From a virus (Duplodnaviria; Caudoviricetes), in the IMG/VR virus record IMGVR_UViG_3300030433_001760, positions 1-25,070 of that record: a stretch of DNA of 25,070 nucleotides. The stretch is one strand, 5' to 3'. Below the pieces are notes generated by a model, which made no database searches, was not told the origin of the DNA, and saw nothing but the letters and a program-made list of their open reading frames with translations. Positions 6,485-13,592 of this stretch are shown here, in pieces; position 1 is the first letter of the stretch, and each line of letters begins with the position of its first letter. The position numbers and the translations under genes are program-made.

Positions 6485-8353
6485 TTAGAACGGACAGTCA
6501 TCGTTCTCCTCAAAACTGAGGAAAACTCGCTCAGGCTTGTCTGCCTTGAACTTCTCTGCCACTATTCTACGCCATTTCCCATCCCGGTCAACAAGAATTA
6601 TGAAAGGTTCTCTGATTCCGCCCTTTTCAATCAATTCCTGTGCCTCAACGATGGTCTCTGGTACTAGACACTTAGACCGCTTGTTCCACCAAGTCACTGC
6701 CTTCTTCTGGGCAAAGCCTTCATGTTCAAAGCAGACCCATTCCATAAATCGGCCTTTTAGCTCCACATCTTTACCCGTAATCTCACATTTACTTCTTTTT
6801 TTGCAAGTATATGTGACCCGGAGAGTATGTAGCTTTCCTTCCTCTTTTGGCACGTGTCTAACGTAACTCACCTCATCGACCTCCCACCACTCAGGCTCTG
6901 GCTTGTCCTCGACAAACACTGAGTCCCGAAGCGTCTTACCCTCTTGCAGAGCCTTCTCGATTCTGTTACGGCAGTTGCCACAGATCTCGTCAGTCTCAGC
7001 AATGATGGCGTTGCACAAGTCACCGCTCTCGAGCGTAGACTTACACCGCTTGGCTAGGAAGTCATAGTCGCATGTCGTCAGTAGGTCCAGCATGGTGCCG
7101 CACTTACCTTCGCTCAATGGCCTTTGCTGATTGCATGATGGACACTCCTTGGACCTCATGAGAAGCCCGCAGTCACCACAACGATCAGACTCAGCCTTGA
7201 CAACGCTCTTGCACTCCTTGCACAGCAGGATCTTGTTGTCCTGATCCTTCATGCCGAAGTCCTCCTCGAGTGGGCAACCGTGCTCCTCGAAGTTTCCGCC
7301 GAAGTCCAGAACCAAGAAGTCCTCCTTGCCTTCACACCTACGCATCCCCCTTCCCAGTATCTGGTAGAAGAGGCCAGCACTCTTGGTGGCCCGGCAGATA
7401 GCAATGGCGTCCACGTTTGGTGCGTCAAAGCCAGTCGTCAAGACCCCTACGTTGATCAGGAAGAACCTCTTGCTGGCCGGAGACACGAATGCCTTGAGCA
7501 CAGCGGCTCTCTCTGTCTTGTTGGTAGTTCCAGTCACGGTAGTCACTAGATCACCCGTAGAAGCCCTCAGGATAGCCTGTAACGCCTCCGCGTGAGCAAC
7601 ACTGGTCGCAAACACCAAGACACGGTTTCGGCCCTCAGTGAGTGCAATGATCTCCTTAGCGTTGGACTCAACCTTCTCGATGAAAGCCTCTGAGAGCTCC
7701 TCAGGAGCGTACTCACCGCCTCTCACCTTGATGCCACTGGTATCGACCTGATTGACGCCCGGAGTTGACCAGCCAGTGATATGGCCATCCTCTAGCATAC
7801 GCCTCAGGGGGACGCTGTAGCAGCACTCGTCGAACAGTTTGTCCTCACCATGGATCATGCCTGAGCCTAGCCTGTACGGGCTAGCAGTAAGCCCAAAGAC
7901 ACGCATCTTAGCGTTACGCTCTCTGAGCTCATTGATGACCTGACCGTACTGACTGTCATCAGTCTGAGGGATCTGGTGGCACTCGTCGATCAGGATACAG
8001 TTGATCATTGGCAGATGCTTCACAGCATTGACCACTGACTGCACTGTAGCGAAGATCACGCTGGTGTCAGTTTCCTTACGGCTCAAGGAGGCAGAGTAGA
8101 CCCCTGCCTTGATTCCTGTGAACTGCTCAAACCTCTCAGCGTTCTGTTGCACTAGCTCCCCCTGTCTGCACAGCACTAGCACCTTCTTCTTGGCACCGAC
8201 TGCACGACGGCAGAACTCAGCTATCACTACGCTTTTGCCGGAACCGGTCGGTAAGTGCACATAGGCGTGCTCTGATGGCTTTGATGACTTTGCAAAGCCA
8301 ACCATCGCATCGACGGCCCCGCTCTGGTAGTCTCTCGGCTTGAACGCTGTCAT
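6485..8353 (-). CDS. Superfamily 2 DNA helicase, RadD/YejH-like, with zinc-ribbon insert
   Basis: RDYQ Q-motif, PTGSGKS Walker A, DECH, GLTASP, LTTGFD and QILGRGMR motifs, followed by LDFGGN and a 12-Cys region. Confidence 0.93.
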   Translation of the reverse strand: MTAFKPRDYQSGAVDAMVGFAKSSKPSEHAYVHLPTGSGKSVVIAEFCRRAVGAKKKVLVLCRQGELVQQNAERFEQFTGIKAGVYSASLSRKETDTSVIFATVQSVVNAVKHLPMINCILIDECHQIPQTDDSQYGQVINELRERNAKMRVFGLTASPYRLGSGMIHGEDKLFDECCYSVPLRRMLEDGHITGWSTPGVNQVDTSGIKVRGGEYAPEELSEAFIEKVESNAKEIIALTEGRNRVLVFATSVAHAEALQAILRASTGDLVTTVTGTTNKTERAAVLKAFVSPASKRFFLINVGVLTTGFDAPNVDAIAICRATKSAGLFYQILGRGMRRCEGKEDFLVLDFGGNFEEHGCPLEEDFGMKDQDNKILLCKECKSVVKAESDRCGDCGLLMRSKECPSCNQQRPLSEGKCGTMLDLLTTCDYDFLAKRCKSTLESGDLCNAIIAETDEICGNCRNRIEKALQEGKTLRDSVFVEDKPEPEWWEVDEVSYVRHVPKEEGKLHTLRVTYTCKKRSKCEITGKDVELKGRFMEWVCFEHEGFAQKKAVTWWNKRSKCLVPETIVEAQELIEKGGIREPFIILVDRDGKWRRIVAEKFKADKPERVFLSFEENDDCPF

Positions 8354-8441
8354 TGGTGTCTCCCCAATCTATAGTGTCGTAATTAGTTCTATACGTAACT
8401 CTGTTGGCAACTCGGTTGCCGTCGCCTTTACCATTGGCCAT
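8217..8441 (-). CDS. Small phage protein (GKGD..R.......NYD.I.W type), overlapping the helicase start
   Basis: GAGGA SD. The N-terminal 30 aa fill the intergenic gap and resemble short phage proteins I recall. The C-terminal part overlaps the helicase in another frame. Confidence 0.5.
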   Translation of the reverse strand: MANGKGDGNRVANRVTYRTNYDTIDWGDTNDSVQAERLPERGRRCDGWLCKVIKAIRARLCALTDRFRQKRSDS

Positions 8442-8577
8442 TTAGTTTATCCTCAAGTTCTAGTAGTTCACGCTTGTTAAGCTTCCATACATAGACCTCA
8501 TCGTCATCACCACGGATGACCCAGTAGCGTGCTTTGCCGCCACTGTTGCTACACAGCACACACCAGCTATTAAGCAC
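8428..8577 (-). CDS. Hypothetical protein (about 49 aa)
   Basis: GTG start overlapping the upstream stop. Sequence ...ARYWVIRGDDDEVYVWKLNKRELLELEDKL. Start position is uncertain. Confidence 0.5.
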   Translation of the reverse strand: MLNSWCVLCSNSGGKARYWVIRGDDDEVYVWKLNKRELLELEDKLNGQW

Positions 8578-8824
8578 CTTCACCGGATGAAGGATGATAT
8601 TGATTTTCTGTTGTGCCGTCGCTATGAGAGACTGTGACATGGATGTTTCCAAACTGATTAGTAAGTGTAATGAACTCGCCTGTATGCATTTTAACTCGCA
8701 ACATGGCGAAGTCAAGGTCATAAAACGGTAGTGACTCTAAGCATTCGGACCAAGCAACATCGCTACATTGGTAATCGGTAACTTGGTAAAACAGATCCAG
8801 TAGGATGTCCTTGTTTCCTAACAT
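8570..8824 (-). CDS. Hypothetical protein (84 aa)
   Basis: ATG 8824 with GGAG SD directly after a terminator. The longer start in the track would cross the hairpin. Confidence 0.7.
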   Translation of the reverse strand: MLGNKDILLDLFYQVTDYQCSDVAWSECLESLPFYDLDFAMLRVKMHTGEFITLTNQFGNIHVTVSHSDGTTENQYHPSSGEGA

Positions 8825-8834
8825 AACATACTCC

Positions 8835-8865
8835 AAAAAGAAAGGCCATCCCCGGAGAGATGGCC
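8835..8865 (-). terminator. Rho-independent terminator
   Basis: GGCCATCTC-TCCG-GGGATGGCC followed by TTTCTTTTT, downstream of the SSB-like gene. Confidence 0.8.
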
Positions 8866-8892
8866 CGTAAAACCAAACACACAACAACTCGA

Positions 8893-9366
8893 TTAGAAAG
8901 CGTCAAACTCGTCAGCGGCGTCAGCAGCAGGACGGTCATTGTCTTGACCCTCGTACTGGTTGACCCAGCTTACTCGGTTCTTGTCAGCGTAACCGTTAGT
9001 TCCTTCTTCGATCTTAACTCCGCCCCATACGTGAGCGTTGACAAGCTGTGAAGGATCGCTGAGCTTATCGTGGCCATTGGCGACAAGAAGCTTGCTTAAC
9101 TGACGCTCTGAGATCTCTTTTGATCGCTCGTTGCCACCAAGCATGTAGATCTCGAAGATCCGACGATTAGCGTGAGGCTGACCGTCTTCAATTCTGTACT
9201 GGACAGAGACGTAAGGGTTTCCAGTCTTGGACTCTCTGACCTCAGCACCAACTACGCTCAGGTGATACTCACCCGGAGGAACTGGGCTGTTGTCATAGTT
9301 AGGCTTGGAAGCCTCTGCTGCGGTCTCTGCATTGATGCCAGCGAAAAGGTTTGAAAAATCGGACAT
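8893..9366 (-). CDS. DUF669-family ssDNA-binding protein
   Basis: PPGEYHLSV...SKTGNPY...YRIEDG...RRIF motif, acidic C-terminal tail ending DEFDAF, and position directly after a Sak4-like gene. Confidence 0.85.
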   Translation of the reverse strand: MSDFSNLFAGINAETAAEASKPNYDNSPVPPGEYHLSVVGAEVRESKTGNPYVSVQYRIEDGQPHANRRIFEIYMLGGNERSKEISERQLSKLLVANGHDKLSDPSQLVNAHVWGGVKIEEGTNGYADKNRVSWVNQYEGQDNDRPAADAADEFDAF

Positions 9367-9370
9367 AGTT

Positions 9371-10078
9371 CTATTCTCCTAGAATAAGTTTTGGGAAATC
9401 TTTCTGATCAATCGTAGCGGGCAAGTCAACGCGACTCTTGGCTACATAACTCGGATGAGGTTGACTGTTGAGGATACGCCTCCCCGTAGTCGTTGCGATG
9501 CCCTTGGTACGGCCAAAGTCACCTTCCTCTTGTCGCACGAACACTTCGTGCTTGGCATGGACAATGATGTCTGCCCATTCCATAACTCTCTCGCACGCTT
9601 TCTTGCTGAGCTTAGGACGGATGACGTCCCACTGGTTCCCAGCAATGTCTTCAGCTTTGCGTACCTCTTGGTGAGCGAGAAGGATTACTGTCTTGCCTGC
9701 TTCGATGCATTTATCGAAAGCGGATAATACTTTACAGAACCTTCTGGCTACCTCAACGATACCCTTACCGTAGTCAGTCTTAAAATTCTCCTCTCTTAGT
9801 GCTTCATCAATTAACTTCTCAAACCAGTCGGCAGAGTCAAGAACTACTGTCTCGTAGTCTGACTGTGCACATTCGGCAGCCGCTTTAAGTACGTCCACGG
9901 CCTTGGTGAGGTTGACTCTAGTACAGTCAATCTCGTTGGTTCCGTCCTCAGTTGCTAGGAAGATAGCCTTTGGGAACTTGCTTGCACAGGTTGATTTACC
10001 TGTAGCATGTTCGCCGTAGATCATGATCTTCTTAGGCTTAGTGATCTTCCCTGATACTGCATTACTCAGAATCGACAT
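9371..10078 (-). CDS. AAA_24 / Sak4-like P-loop ATPase (single-strand annealing recombinase)
   Basis: IYGEHATGKST Walker A, TEDG, TVVLDSADW Walker B, ILLAH, EWADII and AKSR motifs. Confidence 0.88.
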   Translation of the reverse strand: MSILSNAVSGKITKPKKIMIYGEHATGKSTCASKFPKAIFLATEDGTNEIDCTRVNLTKAVDVLKAAAECAQSDYETVVLDSADWFEKLIDEALREENFKTDYGKGIVEVARRFCKVLSAFDKCIEAGKTVILLAHQEVRKAEDIAGNQWDVIRPKLSKKACERVMEWADIIVHAKHEVFVRQEEGDFGRTKGIATTTGRRILNSQPHPSYVAKSRVDLPATIDQKDFPKLILGE

Positions 10079-10484
10079 TAAATAAGATCCTCGCTTCTAG
10101 TGCCCGTTCCGCTATCTCCTCAGAGCTCAGCAAGGGGAACTCGTTGCTTGCTGAGTTGTCCTTAATCTCATTGAGCTCATAGTGATTGCCGTCTTCTGCT
10201 ATCAGCATGAACTCGTTCCAACGCTTTAACTGTGACGTCTCGGCTTTGGTCTTATCAGTATAACAGAAGACTACTCTATCGCAAAATGTTAACCCAATTC
10301 GTTTGGTGGCCTTGGTTTCCAGCGATTCGATAGGGCACTCAAAAAAGTTTTTCAGGCGTGTAGCAAACTTCTTCGATGGCCGTGCGTCCATAACTGTGGA
10401 CTGTGCGGCTGCAACGTTAAGGTGGTGCTGCACTTCCTCAAGGTAGTTCTCACTGTTAATAACGATCTTCAGTAAACTGCTCAT
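10062..10484 (-). CDS. Hypothetical protein (140 aa)
   Basis: ATG 10484 (MSSLLKIV) with GGAG SD and TAATG overlap with the upstream small gene. Confidence 0.7.
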   Translation of the reverse strand: MSSLLKIVINSENYLEEVQHHLNVAAAQSTVMDARPSKKFATRLKNFFECPIESLETKATKRIGLTFCDRVVFCYTDKTKAETSQLKRWNEFMLIAEDGNHYELNEIKDNSASNEFPLLSSEEIAERALEARILFNVDSE

Positions 10485-10636
10485 TAGTGTTTCTCCAATT
10501 CGTACCAAATAAAACCAATGTTCCCTACACTGTACGCCAGCCACACCAGAGCGTGAGGGTAATCTTTCTGGTGGACATTCACGGCGGCCTGTATCATATA
10601 ACAGACCGCCGGAATTGCAATCATCGCATAGTTCAT
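10484..10636 (-). CDS. 50-aa two-TM membrane protein (below the ORF-track cutoff)
   Basis: MNYAMIAIPAVCYMIQAAVNVHQKDYPHALVWLAYSVGNIGFIWYELEKH. ATGA overlap upstream and TAATG overlap downstream. Confidence 0.75.
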   Translation of the reverse strand: MNYAMIAIPAVCYMIQAAVNVHQKDYPHALVWLAYSVGNIGFIWYELEKH

Positions 10637-10902
10637 GGCTCAGGGTTCCATCCTTCTACTGCGTTGTACTTCTGCACGCTCTTGGCCCACGCCTTAGCGT
10701 CTTCAATGCCGTACTGCCTCTCGAACCATCCAATGTGCCGAGAGATGTACTCAGCAGACTTATGATCAGGGAAGCCCGTGATCTTGATGCCACGATACCA
10801 GACCTCTGCGGTGGCATCATTGTCTTTGCGGGGGAACCCTCCTACGCAGACCACGGTGGCTGGGTAGTTCTTAGCTCGTGAATGTGGTTGGATACCGCTC
10901 AT
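10633..10902 (-). CDS. Hypothetical protein (89 aa)
   Basis: AAGGAG SD and ATGA overlaps at both ends. Confidence 0.75.
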   Translation of the reverse strand: MSGIQPHSRAKNYPATVVCVGGFPRKDNDATAEVWYRGIKITGFPDHKSAEYISRHIGWFERQYGIEDAKAWAKSVQKYNAVEGWNPEP

Positions 10903-11111
10903 TTGTTTAACTCCTTAACTCGTGCTTGTGCGTTACGATCTGCCGCCTCTTCGGTGGCCCAGTTAGTTGGTGACTCTTCATGAAGCTCAGGCAACTCAAT
11001 GCCATGAGTCATTACGCAGTCGAAGTTATCTAGGATGTCGAAGGCCCAGCGGACCTTGCCATCGGTTCTCAAGAAGTTGTAGACCTTGTAGGAATACTGC
11101 TGCTTGCTCAT
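10899..11111 (-). CDS. Hypothetical protein (70 aa)
   Basis: GGAG SD and ATGA overlaps at both ends. Confidence 0.75.
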   Translation of the reverse strand: MSKQQYSYKVYNFLRTDGKVRWAFDILDNFDCVMTHGIELPELHEESPTNWATEEAADRNAQARVKELNK

Positions 11112-11332
11112 AGTGATCTCCAGTCGATAGGGTTACTAAACTTGTCGAACTCAATTCTAACACGCTGACCAACGTCTGGCAAGAGCAATCCGTCACTATT
11201 CCAGTCATTGATAAAATCTTTGAAGTAGTACCACTGACCGTTAGCCAGCTTGATGGCACCGTTGTCACGATCTATCCGAAGAGTCTTGACAACTGTTAAA
11301 GTCTCTGTCGTGTAAGTTACGTCGCTGTTCAT
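11108..11332 (-). CDS. Hypothetical protein (74 aa, small beta-rich/OB-like)
   Basis: GGGAG SD and coupling to the next gene. The fold is a guess. Confidence 0.7.
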   Translation of the reverse strand: MNSDVTYTTETLTVVKTLRIDRDNGAIKLANGQWYYFKDFINDWNSDGLLLPDVGQRVRIEFDKFSNPIDWRSL

Positions 11333-11403
11333 CTCTCACTCCCTATGATACGCTCTGATCTGATAATGTCAAGTACAATCTCTAAAGTTTCTGCTGCCTT
11401 CAC
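11329..11403 (-). CDS. 24-aa leader microprotein
   Basis: GGAGG-6nt-GTG start, MKAAETLEIVLDIIRSERIIGSER, stop overlapping the next ATG (ATGA). Confidence 0.55.
   Translation of the reverse strand: MKAAETLEIVLDIIRSERIIGSER
11345..11372 (-). promoter_or_regulatory. Sigma70-like promoter TTGACA-16-TATCAT
   Basis: Perfect -35 and 5/6 -10 match. It lies inside the 24-aa ORF. Confidence 0.5.
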
Positions 11404-11443
11404 TGCTTGCCTCCGTTGTGTTGTTGTTTCCTCTTATGCCTCT

Positions 11444-11471
11444 ATTATACAGACTTCGGGCCCCATGTCGA
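11444..11471 (-). promoter_or_regulatory. Sigma70-like promoter TCGACA-16-TATAAT with an AT-rich upstream element
   Basis: Perfect -10, 5/6 -35 match, T-rich tract upstream, located just after a terminator. Confidence 0.7.
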
Positions 11472-11492
11472 GGACAAAATAGAAAAAATCAC

Positions 11493-11523
11493 AAAAAAAG
11501 CCCAACTAATTTCTAGCTGGGCT
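11493..11523 (-). terminator. Rho-independent terminator
   Basis: AGCCCAGCTA-GAAAT-TAGTTGGGCT followed by a T-run, 10 nt after the SPFH stop. Confidence 0.85.
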
Positions 11524-11533
11524 CGTAACTCCT

Positions 11534-12049
11534 TTACTGTAAAAGACTTAGGGGAATGACTTGTTGTAGGTCTTCTACCTGAAAACTCACAAGTTCTATC
11601 CCATAGTAGTCTAATTCGGCGTGAATCTCATCAAAATACGTGTCACGCTCTATCAGTTCACTTAGGTGCGACCAGTTGTGGCCGCTAATCAAATCACAGA
11701 CAACACCGCGAATGAAGATGCTCGAGAGCTCCTCATAGCCCTCTGCCGCACGATCTCGGCAGAGCACTGGGTCAGTTATCTTAATGACGCTGGTGGCATT
11801 CACAGCCACGCTCCTGTCATCAGCGGTGGTCACTCGTTGTAGTCCACAGTCAATCGGGATCTCATTCTTTGGCAAGTACTCAACGTGAGTTAGTGCTGGA
11901 ATGAAGACAACCGGGTTAACTGTCTGCTTGGTGTGACCAAACCACCGATCAATGACCAACCACTCGTTGGTCTGCGGCCTGTGGGCTATCCTCGGCACAA
12001 GGGCGAAGAAGGGCTCCAGCAGGCCACTGATCAAATCGAATAGGCTCAT
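11534..12049 (-). CDS. SPFH / band-7 domain protein
   Basis: Contains LQRVTTADDRSVAVNATSVIKITDP and YYGIELVSFQVEDL. Start moved to ATG 12049 (ATGA overlap with the upstream gene). Confidence 0.8.
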   Translation of the reverse strand: MSLFDLISGLLEPFFALVPRIAHRPQTNEWLVIDRWFGHTKQTVNPVVFIPALTHVEYLPKNEIPIDCGLQRVTTADDRSVAVNATSVIKITDPVLCRDRAAEGYEELSSIFIRGVVCDLISGHNWSHLSELIERDTYFDEIHAELDYYGIELVSFQVEDLQQVIPLSLLQ

Positions 12050-12723
12050 AGTTTCATTGGCTCCACAATCGCTGTGCGGCCCTCTAGGATCACTCCACAG
12101 GACACTACGGGCTTCTGGCTGTACTTCTTGCCATACTCCATCTGAGCGTGCTTCCAGTCCGTTCCGCAGCCCACTTGGCAACCGAAGATGCGAGTCGATA
12201 AGTTGCAGTAGAACTCAACCCCAGCCTTGCTGTGGTGATGTCCTTGGACAACCGACTTGAACTCCGCTTTGGCGTTCAGGATCGCAGAAGCCTTGCCACG
12301 GTCACCGTGCTGGTAGATCACGTCATCAATGACAAGCTGATCAAACCTCTGGTGTACCTTCCACCGCTTAGGCAGTCCGAAGATAGCACCGAAGTCTCTC
12401 ATCATCGACTCAGGGATTCCAACCTCATCGCACCAGCGATACGGTAGTGCATCGTGGTTGCCAATCAGCAACTCTGCACTCGGGAACGCCTTAGTCAACT
12501 GCTTGACCTGTTTCATTGCCTTCTCGTATTCCTGCAAAGGATCTTTGAGTTGAGGCTTCTTCAGGTGGAACGATAGTGCAGCATTGTCAACAATGTCACC
12601 GATGTGGACGACCTTGTTGCAGTTCCATCGCTTGTGGACATCTCGCAGAAAATCCACGTAGCCGTCAACCATAGCGGGACAGTGGGTATCTCCGATGACC
12701 AATACACGTTTCTTACTCGGCAT
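12046..12723 (-). CDS. Calcineurin-like metallophosphoesterase
   Basis: Motifs GDTH, GDIVD, GNHD, HG and GHHH. Likely start is ATG 12723 (MPSKKRVLVIGD). Confidence 0.9.
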   Translation of the reverse strand: MPSKKRVLVIGDTHCPAMVDGYVDFLRDVHKRWNCNKVVHIGDIVDNAALSFHLKKPQLKDPLQEYEKAMKQVKQLTKAFPSAELLIGNHDALPYRWCDEVGIPESMMRDFGAIFGLPKRWKVHQRFDQLVIDDVIYQHGDRGKASAILNAKAEFKSVVQGHHHSKAGVEFYCNLSTRIFGCQVGCGTDWKHAQMEYGKKYSQKPVVSCGVILEGRTAIVEPMKL

Positions 12724-12724
12724 A

Positions 12725-13195
12725 TTAAACTCTCTCATTAAAAGCGGAATTGAAGGGAACTCTGTAAACGTCAATCAGAACCTTGGGGCCCTGATCACGA
12801 ATGGAATCATCTTGTCTCCCAAGCACCCATTCGATGTACTTAGGTGAATCGTCTTCAGCAAGTCCTGCCTCAATCAAGGCGTCTTGGATTTGCTTATAAT
12901 TACCACGGAGCACAGAATCTGCGTCCCATAGGCGTTCTCTCTTGCCAAGGATACGCCAGACCACAAGTCCTAGCTTCTCATCCTTGCCGAAATGGATCGC
13001 CCTCGTCCAATCTGAGAGCTTCTGGTACACCCCTGACTCTTTTGTCGCGGGTGTCCAAACTCGTGCGTCAGCGACCGCCTCCGTGGCCGTACGACGCTCT
13101 TTATGGCTACCTGACCAATGACGACCTTGGCCTTGGTTGTTGTTCTTCAGCTTCATCGGGATCTCAATCTCACCGATGTGTATGCCGTCAAGCAT
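12725..13195 (-). CDS. RusA-like Holliday junction resolvase / endonuclease
   Basis: DADSVLRGNYKQIQDALIEAGLAEDD matches the RusA DxDN..K...DAL...G...DD pattern (Asn replaced by Ser). GGAGG SD. Confidence 0.75.
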   Translation of the reverse strand: MLDGIHIGEIEIPMKLKNNNQGQGRHWSGSHKERRTATEAVADARVWTPATKESGVYQKLSDWTRAIHFGKDEKLGLVVWRILGKRERLWDADSVLRGNYKQIQDALIEAGLAEDDSPKYIEWVLGRQDDSIRDQGPKVLIDVYRVPFNSAFNERV

Positions 13196-13217
13196 AGTGT
13201 CCTCCTGTGGGTTAACG

Positions 13218-13271
13218 AAAAAGGGTCCGCACTCTACCGGCGGTGGAGAAACCAGTATAGCACAGACCCTT
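13218..13271 (-). terminator. Long G-U-containing hairpin with U-tract at the end of the structural operon
   Basis: AAGGGTCTGTGCT-A-TACTGG-(11 nt)-CCGGTA-G-AGTGCGGACCCTT-TTT. Confidence 0.65.
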
Positions 13272-13281
13272 GTATCGTCAA
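13254..13281 (-). promoter_or_regulatory. Sigma70-like promoter TTGACG-16-TATACT with extended -10 TG
   Basis: Both hexamers match 5/6, with TGC before the -10. It lies upstream of the RusA-like gene. Confidence 0.65.
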
Positions 13282-13286
13282 AATGT

Positions 13287-13589
13287 TTAGCTGGACTTGA
13301 CCATCTTAATGGCTTTATCCAGTAATTTACCTGCCCCGATTCTAGCTAGGGGCTCTGGGATTCCTCGTAGGAGGGGTATTAGCCTTTCGCGTTGCTTGAC
13401 AAGCCTAGTAATGATTGCCTGTCGGTTGGCTTCACAGCCTACCACTCCCCATGAGTCCATCTTGCGGACCCATGACTTGCAATCACAGCCCTGCTTGTCC
13501 GCTACGGCCCAGTCCGGGATCAATGACTCAAGAGCCGTCCCTACCCTCTCGGGAGCCCTGTGCGGCCTCCTAGGTGCCTTATCGTTCAT
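13287..13589 (-). CDS. Small Cys-containing protein closing the tail module
   Basis: GTALESLIP...GCDC.....MDSWGVVGC motif. Starts 3 nt after the large tail gene. Confidence 0.75.
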   Translation of the reverse strand: MNDKAPRRPHRAPERVGTALESLIPDWAVADKQGCDCKSWVRKMDSWGVVGCEANRQAIITRLVKQRERLIPLLRGIPEPLARIGAGKLLDKAIKMVKSS

Positions 13590-13592
13590 ATT

